Assembly: GCA_002269645.1 (NCBI GenBank)
Contig: NIVC01000530.1
Span: 460,448 to 524,447 of the forward strand
Direction of reading: 5' to 3'
Source: Macrostomum lignano
Taxonomy: Eukaryota
Length of the DNA: 64,000 nucleotides
Notes under the pieces: generated by a model
Seen by the model: the letters and a program-made list of their open reading frames with translations, nothing else
Told to the model about the DNA's origin: nothing
Databases searched by the model: none
Shown here: positions 34,738-49,700 of the stretch, one piece after another
Numbering within the stretch: position 1 is the stretch's first letter
How the letters are laid out: the number at the start of each line of letters is the position of its first letter
Made by a program: the position numbers and the translations under genes

Positions 34738-37700
34738 TCATTCTCAAACAAGCAGGTCATCATTCTCAAACAAGCGGGTCATCATTTCAAACAAGCAGGT
34801 CATCATTCTCAAACAAGCAGGTCATCATTCTCAAACAAGCAGGTCATCATTCTCAAGCAAGCGGGTCATCATTCTCAAACAAGCAGGTCATCATTCTTAA
34901 ACAAGCGGGTCATCATTCTCAAACAAGCAGCAGGTCATCATTCTCAAACAAGCAGGTCATAATTCTCAAACAAGCAGGTCATCATTCTCAAACAAGCAGG
35001 TCATCATTCTCAAACAAGCAGGTCATCATTCTCAAACAAGCAGGTCATCATTCTCAAACAAGCAGGTCATCATTCTCAAACAAGCAGGTCATCATTCTCA
35101 AACAAGCAGGTCATCATTCTCAAGCAAGCGGGTCATCATTCTTAAACAAGGGTCATCATTCTTTAACAAGCAGGTCATCGTTCTAAACAAGGGTCATCAT
35201 TCTTAAACAAGCGGGTCATCATTCTTAAACAAGCGGGTCATCATTCTTAACAAGCAGGTCATCATTCTCAACAAGCAGGTCATCATTCTCAAACAAGCAG
35301 GTCATCGTTCTCAAACAAGCGGGTCATCATTTAAACAAGCGGTCATCATTCTCAAACAAGCAGGCCATCATTCTCAAACAAGCAGGTCACCATTCTCAAA
35401 CAAGCAGGTCATCATTCTCAAACAAGCAGGCCATCATTCTTAAACAAGCAGGTCATCATTCTCAAACAAGCAGGTCATCATTCTCAAACAAGCAGGTCAT
35501 CATTCTCAAACAAGCAGGTCATCATTCTCAAACAAGCAGGCCATCATTCTCAAACAAGCAGGTCATCATTCTCAAACAAGCAGGTCATCATTCTCAAACA
35601 AGCAGGTCATCATTCTCAAACAAGCAGGCCATCATTCTTAAACAAGCAGGTCATCATTCTCAAACAAGCAGGCCATCATTCTTAAACAAGCGGGTCATCA
35701 TTCTCAAACAAGCAGGTCATCATTCTCAAACAAGCAGGCCATCATTCTTAAACAAGCGGGTCATCATTCTCAAACAAGCGGGTCATCATTCTCAAACAAG
35801 CAGGTCATCATTCTCAAGCAAGCAGGCCATTATTCTCAAACAAGCAGGTCATCATTCTTAAACAAGCAGGCCATCATTCTCAAACAAGCAGGTCATCATT
35901 CTCAACAAGCGGGTCATCATTCTAAACAAGCAGGTCATCATTCTCAAACAACAGGTCATCATTCTCAAACAAGCAGCAGGTCATCATTCTCAAACAAGCA
36001 GGTCATCATTCTCAAACAAGCGGGTCATCATTCTCAAACAAGCAGGTCATCGTTCTTAAACAAGCGGGTCATCATTCTTAAACAAGCGGGTCATCATTCT
36101 TTAACAAGCAGGTCATCATTCTCAAGCAAGCGGGTCATCATTCTTTAACAAGCAGTTCATCGTTCTCAAACAAGCGGGTCATCATTCTCAAACAAGCAGG
36201 TCATCATTCTCAAACAAGCAGGTCATCGTTCTTAAACAAGCGGGTAATCATTCTTAAACAAGCGGGTCATCATTCTTTAACAAGCAGGTCATCATTCTCA
36301 AGCAAGCGGGTCATCATTCTTTAACAAGCAGTTCATCGTTCTCAAACAAGCGGGTCATCATTCTTTAACAAGCAGGTCATCATTCTCAAACAAGCGGGTC
36401 ATCATTCTCAAACAAGCAGGTCATCATTCTCAAACAAGCAGGTCATCATTCTCAAACAAGCAGGCCATCATTCTCAAGCAAGCGGGTCATCATTCTTAAA
36501 CAAGCGGGTCATCATTCTTTAACAAGCAGGTCATCGTTCTTAAACAAGCGGGTCATCATTCTTAAACAAGCGGTCATCATTCTCAAACAAGCAGCCATCA
36601 TTCTTAACAAGCAGCAGGTCATCATTCTCAAACAAGCAGGTCATCATTCTCAAACAAGCAGGTCATCATTCTCAAACAAGCAGGTCATCATTCTCAAACA
36701 AGCAGCGGGTCATCATTCTCAAACAAGCAGGTCATCATTCTCAAACAAGCAGGTCATCATTCTCAAACAAGCAGGTCATCATTCTCAAACAAGCAGCGGG
36801 TCATCATTCTCAAACAAGCAGGCCATCATTCTTAAACAAGCAGGTCATCATTCTCAAACAAGCAGGTCATCATTCTTAAACAAGCAGGTCATCATTCTCA
36901 AACAAGCAGCAGGTCATCATTCTCAAACAAGCAGGTCATCATTCTCAAACAAGCAGGTCATCATTCTCAAACAAGCAGGTCATCATTCTCAAACAAGCAG
37001 GCCATCATTCTTAAACAAGCGGGTCATCATTCTCAAAAAAGCAGGTCATCATTCTCAAACAAGCAGGCCATCATTCTCAAACAAGCAGGCCATCATTCTC
37101 AAACAAGCGGGTCATCATTCTCAAACAAGCGGGTCATCATTCTTAAAAGCAGGTCATCATTCTCAAACAAGCAGGTCATCATTCTCAACAAGCAGGCCAT
37201 CATTCTCAAACAAGCAGGCCATCATTCTAAACAAGCGGGTCATCATTCTCAAACAAGCGGGTCATCATTCTTTAACAAGCAGGTCATCATTCTCAACAAG
37301 CGGGTCATCATTCTTTAACAAGCAGGTCATCATTCTCAAACAAGCAGGTCATCATTCTCAAACAAGCGGGTCATCATTCTCAACAAGCGGGTCATCATTC
37401 TTAAACAAGCGGGTCATCATTCTCAAACAACACGTCATCATTCTTAAACAAGCGGGTCATCATTCTTAAACAAGCGGGTCATCATTCTTAAACAAGCAGG
37501 TCATCATTCTTAAACAAGCGGTCATCATTCTTAAACAAGCGGGTCATCATTATTTAACAAGCAGGTCATCGTTCTTAAACAAGCGGGTCATCATTCTTAA
37601 ACAAGCGGGTCATCATTCTTTAACAAGCAGGTCATCATTCTCAACAAGCGGGTCATCACTTTAACAAGCAGTCATGTTCTCAAACAAGCGGGTCATCATT

Positions 37701-40700
37701 CTCAAACAAGCAGGTCATCATTCTCAAACAAGCAGGTCATCATTCTCAAACAAGCAGGTCATCATTCTCAAACAAGCAGGCATCATTCTCAAGCAAGCGG
37801 TCATCATTCTTAAACAAGCGGTCATCATTCTTTAACAAGCAGGCTCATCGTTCTTAAACAAGCGGTCATCATTCTAAACAAGCGGGTCATCATTCTCAAA
37901 CAAGCAGGCCATCATTCTTAAACAAGCAGCAGGTCATCATTCTCAAACAAGCAGGTCATCATTCTCAAACAAGCAGGCCATCATTCTCAAGCAAGCGGGT
38001 CATCATTCTTAAACAAGCGGGTCATCATTCTTTAACAAGCAGGTCATCATTCTTAAACAAGCGGGTCATCATTCTTAAACAAGCGGGTCATCATTCTCAA
38101 ACAAGCAGGCCATCATTCTTAAACAAGCAGCAGGTCATCATTCTCAAACAAGCAGGTCATCATTCTCAAACAAGCAGGTCATCATTCTCAAACAAGCAGG
38201 TCATCATTCTCAAACAAGCAGCGGGTCATCATTCTCAAACAAGCAGGTCATCATTCTCAAACAAGCAGGTCATCATTCTCAAACAAGCAGGTCATCATTC
38301 TCAAACAAGCAGCGGTCATCATTCTCAAACAAGCAGGTCATCATTCTTAAACAAGCAGGTCATCATTCTCAAACAAGCAGGCCATCATTCTTAAACAAGC
38401 AGGCCATCATTCTCAAACAAGCAGCAGGTCATCATTCTCAAGCAAGCGGGTCATCATTCTTAAACAAGCAGGTCATCATTCTCAAACGAACACGTCATCA
38501 TTCTCAAACAAGCAGCAGGTCATCATTCTCAAACAAGCAGGTCATCATTCTCAAACAAGCGGGTCATCATTCTCAAACAAGCAGGTCATCGTTCTTAAAC
38601 AAGCGGGTCATCATTCTTAAACAAGCGGGTCATCATTCTTTAACAAGCAGGTCATCATTCTCAAGCAAGCGGGTCATCATTCTTTAACAAGCAGTTCATC
38701 GTTCTCAAACAAGCGGGTCATCATTCTCAAACAAGCAGGTCATCATTCTCAAACAAGCAGGTCATCGTTCTTAAACAAGCGGGTAATCATTCTTAAACAA
38801 GCGGGTCATCATTCTTAACAAGCAGGTCATCATTCTCAACAAGCGGGTCATCATTCTTTAACAAGCAGTCATCGTTCTCAAACAAGCGGTCATCATTCTT
38901 AACAAGCAGGTCATCATTCTCAAACAAGCGGGTCATCATTCTCAAACAAGCAGGTCATCATTCTCAAACAAGCAGGTCATCATTCTCAAACAAGCAGGTC
39001 ATCATTCTCAAACAAGCGGGTCATCATTCTAAACAAGCGGGTCATCATTCTCAAACAAGCAGGTCATCATTCTTAAACAAGCGGGTCATCATTCTTAAAC
39101 AAGCGGGTCATCATTCTTAAACAAGCGGGTCATCATTCTCAAACAAGCAGGCCATCATTCTTAAACAAGCAGCAGGTCATCATTCTCAAACAAGCAGGTC
39201 ATCATTCTCAAACAAGCAGGTCATCATTCTCAAACAAGCAGGTCATCATTCTCAAACAAGCAGGTCATCATTCTCAAACAAGCAGGTCATCATTCTCAAA
39301 CAAGCAGGTCATCATTCTCAAACAAGCAGGTCATCATTCTCAAACAAGCAGCGGGTCATCATTCTCAAACAAGCAGGCCATCATTCTTAAACAAGCAGGT
39401 CATCATTCTCAAACAAGCAGGCCATCATTCTTAAACAAGCAGGCCATCATTCTCAAACAAGCAGCAGGTCATCATTCTCAAGCAAGCGGGTCATCATTCT
39501 TAAACAAGCAGGTCATCATTCTCAAACAAGCAGGTCATCATTCTCAAACAAGCAGCAGGTCATCATTCTCAAACAAGCAGGTCATCATTCTCAAACAAGC
39601 GGGTCATCATTCTCAAACAAGCAGGTCATCATTCTTAAACAAGCGGGTCATCATTCTTAAACAAGCGGGTCATCATTCTAACAAGCAGGTCATCATTCTC
39701 AACAAGCGGGTCATCATTCTTTAACAAGCAGGTCATCATTCTCAAACAAGCGGGTCATCATTCTCAAACAAGCAGGTCATCATTCTCAAACAAGCAGGTC
39801 ATCGTTCTTAAACAAGCGGGTCATCATTCTTAAACAAGCGGGTCATCATTCTTTAACAAGCAGGTCATCATTCTCAAGCAAGCGGGTCATCATTCTTTAA
39901 CAAGCAGTTCATCGTTCTCAAACAAGCGGGTCATCATTCTTTAACAAGCAGGTCATCATTCTCAAACAAGCAGGTCATCATTCTCAAACAAGCAGGTCAT
40001 CATTCTCAAACAAGCAGGTCATCATTCTCAAACAAGCAGGCCATCATTCTCAAGCAAGCGGGTCATCATTCTTAAACAAGCGGGTCATCATTCTTTAACA
40101 AGCAGGTCATCGTTCTTAAACAAGCGGGTCATCATTCTTAAACAAGCGGGTCATCATTCTCAAACAAGCAGGCCATCATTCTAAACAAGCAGCAGGTCAT
40201 CATTCTCAAACAAGCAGGTCATCATTCTCAAACAAGCAGGTCATCATTCTCAAACAAGCAGGTCATCATTCTCAAACAAGCAGCGGGTCATCATTCTCAA
40301 ACAAGCAGGTCATCATTCTCAAACAAGCAGGTCATCATTCTCAAACAAGCAGGTCATCATTCTCAAACAAGCAGCGGTCATCATTCTCAAACAAGCAGGC
40401 CATCATTCTTAAACAAGCAGGTCATCATTCTCAAACAAGCAGGCCATCATTCTTAAACAAGCAGGCCATCATTCTCAAACAAGCAGCAGGTCATCATTCT
40501 CAAGCAAGCGGGTCATCATTCTTAAACAAGCAGGTCATCATTCTCAAACGAACACGTCATCATTCTCAAACAAGCAGCAGGTCATCATTCTCAAACAAGC
40601 AGGTCATCATTCTCAAACAAGCGGGTCATCATTCTCAAACAAGCAGGTCATCATTCTTAAACAAGCGGGTCATCATTCTTAAACAAGCGGGTCATCATTC

Positions 40701-43700
40701 TTTAACAAGCAGGTCATCATTCTCAACAAGCGGGTCATCATTCTTAACAAGCAGTCATCATTCTCAAACAAGCGGGTCATCATTCTCAAACAAGCAGGTC
40801 ATCATTCTCAAACAAGCAGGTCATCGTTCTTAAACAAGCGGGTCATCATTCTTAAACAAGCGGGTCATCATTCTTTAACAAGCAGGTCATCATTCTCAAG
40901 CAAGCGGGTCATCATTCTTTAACAAGCAGGTCATCGTTCTCAAACAAGCGGGTCATCATTCTTAAACAAGCAGGTCATCATTCTCAAACAAGCGGGTCAT
41001 CATTCTCAAACAAGCAGGTCATCATTCTCAAACAAGCAGGTCATCATTCTCAAACAAGCAGGCCATCATTCTCAAGCAAGCGGGTCATCATTCTTAAACA
41101 AGCGGGTCATCATTCTAAACAAGCAGGTCATCATTCTAAACAAGCGGGTCATCATTCTTAAACAAGCGGGTCATCATTCTTAAACAAGCGGGTCATCATT
41201 CTCAAACAAGCAGGCCATCATTCTTAAACAAGCAGCAGGTCATCATTCTCAAACAAGCAGGTCATCATTCTCAAACAAGCAGGTCATCATTCTCAAACAA
41301 GCAGGTCATCATTCTCAAACAAGCAGCGGGTCATCATTCTCAAACAAGCAGGTCATCATTCTCAAACAAGCAGGTCATCATTCTCAAACAAGCAGGTCAT
41401 CATTCTCAAACAAGCAGCGGGTCATCATTCTCAAACAAGCAGGCCATCATTCTTAAACAAGCAGGTCATCATTCTCAAACAAGCAGGCCATCATTCTTAA
41501 ACAAGCAGGCATCATTCTCAAACAAGCAGCAGGTCATCATTCTCAAACAAGCGGGTCATCATTCTTAAACAAGCAGGTCATCATTCTCAAACAAGCAGGT
41601 CATCATTCTCAAACAAGCAGCAGGTCATCATTCTCAAACAAGCAGGTCATCATTCTCAAACAAGCGGGTCATCATTCTCAAACAAGCAGGTCATCGTTCT
41701 TAAACAAGCGGGTCATCATTCTTAAACAAGCGGGTCATCATTCTTAACAAGCAGGTCATCATTCTCAAGCAAGCGGGTCATCATTCTTTAACAAGCAGTT
41801 CATCGTTCTCAAACAAGCGGGTCATCATTCTCAAACAAGCAGGTCATCATTCTCAAACAAGCAGGTCATCGTTCTTAAACAAGCGGGTAATCATTCTTAA
41901 ACAAGCGGGTCATCATTCTTTAACAAGCAGGTCATCATTCTCAACAAGCGGGTCATCATTCTTTAACAAGCAGTCATCGTTCTCAAACAAGCGGGTCATC
42001 ATTCTTAACAAGCAGGTCATCATTCTCAAACAAGCGGGTCATCATTCTCAAACAAGCAGGTCATCATTCTCAAACAAGCAGGTCATCATTCTCAAACAAG
42101 CAGGTCATCATTCTCAACAAGCGGGTCATCATTCTTAAACAAGCGGGTCATCATTCTTTAACAAGCAGGTCATCGTTCTTAAACAAGCGGGTCATCATTC
42201 TTAAACAAGCGGGTCATCATTCTCAAACAAGCAGGCATCATTCTTAAACAAGCAGCAGGTCATCATTCTCAAACAAGCAGGTCATCATTCTCAAACAAGC
42301 AGGTCATCATTCTCAAACAAGCAGGTCATCATTCTCAAACAAGCAGCGGGTCATCATTCTCAAACAAGCAGGTCATCATTCTCAAACAAGCAGGTCATCA
42401 TTCTCAAACAAGCAGGTCATCATTCTCAAACAAGCAGCGGTCATCATTCTCAAACAAGCAGGCATCATTCTTAAACAAGCAGGTCATCATTCTCAAACAA
42501 GCAGGCATCATTCTTAAACAAGCAGGTCATCATTCTCAAACAAGCAGCAGGTCATCATTCTCAAACAAGCAGGTCATCATTCTCAAACAAGCAGGTCATC
42601 ATTCTCAAACAAGCAGGTCATCATTCTCAAACAAGCAGGCCATCATTCTTAAACAAGCGGGTCATCATTCTCAAAAAGCAGGTCATCATTCTCAAACAAG
42701 CAGGCCATCATTCTCAAACAAGCAGGTCATCATTCTCAAACAAGCGGGTCATCATTCTCAAACAAGCGGGTCATCATTCTTTAACAAGCAGGTCATCATT
42801 CTCAAACAAGCAGGTCATCATTCTCAACAAGCAGGCCATCATTCTCAAACAAGCAGGCCATCATTCTTAAACAAGCGGGTCATCATTCTCAAACAAGCGG
42901 GTCATCATTCTTTAACAAGCAGGTCATCATTCTCAACAAGCGGGTCATCATTCTTTAACAAGCAGGTCATCATTCTCAAACAAGCAGGTCATCATTCTCA
43001 AACAAGCGGGTCATCATTCTCAAACAAGCGGGTCATCATTCTTAAACAAGCGGGTCATCATTCTCAAACAACAGGTCATCATTCTTAAACAAGCGGGTCA
43101 TCATTCTCAAACAAGCGGGCATCATTCTTAAACAAGCAGGTCATCATTCTAAACAAGCGGGTCATCATTCTTAAACAAGCGGGTCATCATTTTAACAAGC
43201 AGGTCATCGTTCTTAAACAAGCGGGTCATCATTCTTAAACAAGCGGGTCATCATTCTTAACAAGCAGGTCATCATTCTCAACAAGCGGGTCATCATTCTT
43301 AACAAGCAGGTCATTTCTCAAACAAGCGGGTCATCATTCTCAAACAAGCGGGTCATCATTCTCAAACAAGCAGGTCATCATTCTCAAACAAGCAGGTCAT
43401 CATTCTCAAACAAGCAGGTCATCATTCTCAAACAAGCGGGTCATCATTCTTAAACAAGCGGGTCATCATTCTTAAACAAGCAGGTCATCATTCTTAAACA
43501 AGCGGGTCATCATTCTTAAACAAGCGGGTCATCATTCTCAAACAAGCAGGCCATCATTCTTAAACAAGCAGCAGGTCATCATTCTCAAACAAGCAGGTCA
43601 TCATTCTCAAACAAGCAGGTCATCATTCTCAAACAAGCAGGTCATCATTCTCAAACAAGCAGCGGGTCATCATTCTCAAACAAGCAGGTCATCATTCTCA

Positions 43701-46700
43701 AACAAGCAGGTCATCATTCTCAAACAAGCAGGTCATCATTCTCAAACAAGCAGCGGGTCATCATTCTCAAACAAGCAGGCCATCATTCTTAAACAAGCAG
43801 GTCATCATTCTCAAACAAGCAGGCCATCATTCTTAAACAAGCAGGCCATCATTCTCAAACAAGCAGCAGGTCATCATTCTCAAGCAAGCGGGTCATCATT
43901 CTAAACAAGCAGGTCATCATTCTCAAACAACAGGTCATCATTCTCAAACAAGCAGCAGGTCATCATTCTCAAACAAGCAGGTCATCATTCTCAAACAAGC
44001 GGTCATCATTCTCAAACAAGCAGGTCATCATTCTTAAACAAGCGGGTCATCATTCTTAAACAAGCGGGTCATCATTCTTTAACAAGCAGGTCATCATTCT
44101 CAACAAGCGGGTCATCATTCTTAACAAGCAGGTCATCGTTCTCAAACAAGCGGGTCATCATTCTCAAACAAGCAGGTCATCATTCTCAAACAAGCAGGTC
44201 ATCATTCTTAAACAAGCGGGTCATCATTCTTAAACAAGCGGGTCATCATTCTTTAACAAGCAGGTCATCATTCTCAAGCAAGCGGGTCATCATTCTTTAA
44301 CAAGCAGTTCATCGTTCTCAAACAAGCGGGTCATCATTCTTTAACAAGCAGGTCATCATTCTCAAACAAGCGGGTCATCATTCTCAAACAAGCAGGTCAT
44401 CATTCTCAAACAAGCAGGTCATCATTCTCAAACAAGCAGGTCATCATTCTCAAACAAGCGGGTCATCATTCTTAAACAAGCGGGTCATCATTCTTTAACA
44501 AGCAGGTCATCGTTCTTAAACAAGCGGGTCATCATTCTTAAACAAGCGGGTCATCATTCTCAAACAAGCAGGTCATCATTCTTAAACAAGCAGCAGGTCA
44601 TCATTCTCAAACAAGCAGGTCATCATTCTCAAACAAGCAGGTCATCATTCTCAAACAAGCAGGTCATCATTCTCAAACAAGCAGGGTCATCATTCTCAAA
44701 CAAGCAGGTCATCATTCTCAAACAAGCAGGTCATCATTCTCAAACAAGCAGGTCATCATTCTCAAACAAGCAGCGGTCATCATTCTCAAACAAGCAGGTC
44801 ATCATTCTTAAACAAGCGGTCATCATTCTCAAACAAGCAGGCCATCATTCTTAAACAAGCAGGCCATCATTCTCAAACAAGCAGCAGGTCATCATTCTCA
44901 AACAAGCAGGTCATCATTCTCAAACAAGCAGGTCATCATTCTCAAACAAGCAGGTCATCATTCTCAAACAAGCAGGCCATCATTCTTAAACAAGCGGTCA
45001 TCATTCTCAAAAAGCAGGTCATCATTCTCAAACAAGCAGGCCATCATTCTCAAACAAGCAGGCCATCATTCTCAAACAAGCGGGTCATCATTCTCAAACA
45101 AGCGGGTCATCATTCTTTAAAAGCAGGTCATCATTCTCAAACAAGCAGGTCATCATTCTCAACAAGCAGGCCATCATTCTCAAACAAGCAGGCCATCATT
45201 CTTAAACAAGCGGGTCATCATTCTCAAACAAGCGGGTCATCATTCTTTAAAAGCAGGTCATCATTCTCAACAAGCGGGTCATCATTCTTTAACAAGCAGG
45301 TCATCATTCTCAAACAAGCAGCAGGTCATCATTCTCAAACAAGCGGGTCATCATTCTTAAACAAGCGGGTCATCATTCTTAAACAAGCGGGTCATCATTC
45401 TCAAACAACGTCATCATTCTTAAACAAGCGGGTCATCATTCTTAAACAAGCGGGTCATCATTCTTAAACAAGCAGGTCATCATTCTAAACAAGCGGGTCA
45501 TCATTCTTAAACAAGCGGGTCATCATTATTTAACAAGCAGGTCATCGTTCTTAAACAAGCGGGTCATCATTCTTAAACAAGCGGGTCATCATTCTTTAAC
45601 AAGCAGGTCATCATTCTCAAGCAAGCGGGTCATCATTCTTTAACAAGCAGGTCATTGTTCTCAAACAAGCGGGTCATCATTCTCAAACAAGCGGGTCATC
45701 ATTCTCAAACAAGCAGGTCATCATTCTCAAACAAGCAGGTCATCATTCTCAAACAAGCAGGCCATCATTCTCAAGCAAGCGGGTCATCATTCTTAAACAA
45801 GCGGGTCATCATTCTTTAACAAGCAGGTCATCGTTCTTAAACAAGCGGGTCATCATTCTTAAACAAGCGGGTCATCATTCTCAAACAAGCAGGCCATCAT
45901 TCTTAAACAAGCAGCAGGTCATCATTCTCAAACAAGCAGGTCATCATTCTCAAACAAGCAGGTCATCATTCTCAAACAAGCAGGTCATCATTCTCAAACA
46001 AGCAGCGGGTCATCATTCTCAAACAAGCAGGTCATCATTCTCAAACAAGCAGGTCATCATTCTCAAACAAGCAGGTCATCATTCTCAAACAAGCAGCGGT
46101 CATCATTCTCAAACAAGCAGGCATCATTCTTAAACAAGCAGGTCATCATTCTCAAACAAGCAGGCCATCATTCTTAAACAAGCAGGCATCATTCTCAAAC
46201 AAGCAGCAGGTCATCATTCTCAAACAAGCAGGTCATCATTCTCAAACAAGCAGGTCATCATTCTCAAACAAGCAGGTCATCATTCTCAAACAAGCAGGCC
46301 ATCATTCTTAAACAAGCGGGTCATCATTCTCAAAAAGCAGGTCATCATTCTCAAACAAGCAGGCCATCATTCTCAAACAAGCAGGCATCATTCTCAAACA
46401 AGCGGGTCATCATTCTCAAACAAGCGGGTCATCATTCTTAAGAAGCAGGTCATCATTCTCAAACAAGCAGGTCATCATTCTCAACAAGCAGGCCATCATT
46501 CTCAAACAAGCAGGCCATCATTCTTAAACAAGCGGGTCATCATTCTCAAACAAGCGGGTCATCATTCTTTAAGAAGCAGGTCATCATTCTCAAGCAAGCG
46601 GGTCATCATTCTTTAACAAGCAGGTCATCGTTCTCAAACAAGCAGGTCATCATTCTTAAACAAGCGGGTCATCATTCTCAAGCAAGCGGGTCATCATTCT

Positions 46701-49700
46701 TAAACAAGCGGGTCATCATTCTCAAACGAACACGTCATCATTCTTAAACAAGCGGGTCATCATTCTTAAACAAGCGGGCATCATTCTTAAACAAGCGGGT
46801 CATCATTCTTAAACAAGCGGGTCATCATTCTTAAAAAGCGGGTCATCATTATTTAACAAGCAGGTCATCGTTCTTAAACAAGCGGGTCATCATTCTTAAA
46901 CAAGCGGGTCATCATTCTTTAACAAGCAGGTCATCATTCTCAAGCAAGCGGGTCATCATTCTTTAACAAGCAGGTCATGTTCTCAAACAAGCGGGTCATC
47001 ATTCTTAAACAAGCGGGTCATCGTTCTCAAACAAGCAGGTCATCATTCTCAAACAAGCAGGTCATCATTCTCAAACAAGCAGGTCATCATTCTCAAACAA
47101 GCAGGTCATCATTCTAAACAAGCAGGCCATCGTTCTCAAACAAGCAGGCATCATTCTTAAACAAGCGGGTCATCATTCTTTAAGAAGCAGGTCATCATTC
47201 TCAACAAGCGGGTCATCATTCTTAACAAGCAGGTCATCATTCTCAAACAAGCAGGTCATCATTCTCAAACAAGCGGGTCATCATTCTCAAACAAGCGGTC
47301 ATCATTCTTAACAAGCAGGTCATCATTCTCAAACAAGCAGCAGGTCATCATTCTCAAACAAGCGGGTCATCATTCTTAAACAAGCGGTCATCATTCTAAA
47401 CAAGCGGTCATCATTCTTAAACAAGCGGGTCATCATTATTTAACAAGCAGGTCATCGTTCTAAACAAGCGGGTCATCATTCTTAAACAAGCGGGTCATCA
47501 TTCTTTAACAAGCAGGTCATCATTCTCAAGCAAGCGGGTCATCATTCTTTAACAAGCAGGTCATCATTCTCAAACAAGCGGGTCATCATTCTTAAACAAG
47601 CGGGTCATCATTCTCAAACAAGCAGGTCATCATTCTCAAACAAGCAGGTCATCATTCTCAAACAAGCAGGTCATCGTTCTCAAACAAGCAGGTCATCATT
47701 CTAAACAAGCAGGTCATCGTTCTCAAACAAGCAGGCCATCATTCTTAAACAAGCGGGTCATCATTCTTTAAAAGCAGGTCATCATTCTCAAGCAAGCGGT
47801 CATCATTCTTTAACAAGCAGGTCATCATTCTCAAACAAGCAGGTCATCATTCTTAAACAAGCGGGTCATCATTCTCAAACAAGCGGGTCATCATTCTTAA
47901 ACAAGCAGGTCATCATTCTCAAACAAGCAGGTCATCGTTCTCAAACAAGCGGGTCATCATTCTCAAACAAGCGGGTCATCATTCTTTAACAAGCAGGTCA
48001 TCATTCTTTAACAAGCAGGTCATCATTCTCAAGCAAGCAGCAGGTCATCATTCTCAAACAAGCAGGTCATCATTCTTAAACAAGCGGGTCATCATTCTCA
48101 AACAAGCAGCAGGTCATCATTCTTAAACAAGCGGGTCATCATTCTCAAACAAGCAGGTCATCATTCTTTAACAAGCAGGCCATCATTCTCAAACAAGCAG
48201 CAGGTCATCATTCTCAAACAAGCAGGTCATCATTCTTAAACAAGCGGGTCATCATTCTCAAACAAGCAGGTCATCATTCTCAAACAAGCAGGCCATCATT
48301 CTTAAACAAGCGGGTCATCATTCTCAAACAAGCAGGTCATCATTCTCAAACAAGCGGGTCATCATTCTCAAACAAGCAGGTCATCATTCTCAAACAAGCA
48401 GGCCATCATTCTTAAACAAGCGGGTCATCATTCTCAAACAAGCAGGTCATCATTCTCAAACAAGCAGGTCATCATTCTCAAACAAGCAGCAGGTCATCAT
48501 TCTCAAACAAGCGGGTCATCATTCTTAAACAAGCGGGTCATCATTCTCAAACAAGCAGGCCATCATTCTTAAACAAGCGGGTCATCATTCTCAAACAAGC
48601 AGGTCATCATTCTCAAACAAGCAGGCCATCATTCTTAAACAAGCAGGTCATCATTCTCAAACAAACGTCATCATTCTTAAACAAGCAGGTCATCATTCTT
48701 AAACAAGCGGGTCATCATTCTTAAACAAGCGGGTCATCATTCTTAAACAAGCGGGTCATCATTCTTAAACAAGCGGGTCATCATTCTTTAACAAGCAGGT
48801 CATCGTTCTTAAACAAGCGGGTCATCATTCTCAAACAAGCAGGCCATCATTCTTAAACAAGCGGGTCATCATTCTCAAACAAGCGGGTCATCATTCTCAA
48901 ACAAGCAGCGGGTCATCATTCTCAAACAAGCAGGCCATCATTCTTAAACAAGCAGGTCATCATTCTCAAACAAGCAGGCCATCATTCTTAAACAAGCAGG
49001 CCATCATTCTCAAACAAGCAGCAGGTCATCATTCTCAAACAAGCAGGTCATCATTCTCAAACAAGCAGGTCATCATTCTCAAACAAGCAGGTCATCATTC
49101 TCAAACAAGCAGGCCATCATTCTTAAACAAGCGGGTCATCATTCTCAAACAAGCAGCAGGTCATCATTCTCAAACAAGCAGGCCATCATTCTAAACAAGC
49201 GGTCATCATTCTCAACAAGCAGGCCATCATTCTCAAAAAGCAGGTCATCATTCTCAAACAAGCAGGCATCATTCTCAAACAAGCAGGTCATCATTCTCAA
49301 ACAAGCGGGTCATCATTCTCAAACAAGCGGGTCATCATTCTTTAAGAAGCAGGTCATCATTCTCAAACAAGCAGGTCATCATTCTCAACAAGCAGGCCAT
49401 CATTCTCAAACAAGCAGGCCATCATTCTTAAACAAGCGGGTCATCATTCTCAAACAAGCGGGTCATCATTCTTTAAAAGCAGGTCATCATTCTCAAGCAA
49501 GCGGGTCATCATTCTTTAACAAGCAGGTCATCGTTCTCAAACAAGCAGGTCATCATTCTCAAACAAGCGGGTCATCATTCTCAACAAGCGGGTCATCATT
49601 CTTAAACAAGCGGGTCATCATTCTCAAACAACAGTCATCATTCTTAAACAAGCGGGTCATCATTCTTAAACAAGCGGGCATCATTCTTAAACAAGCGGGT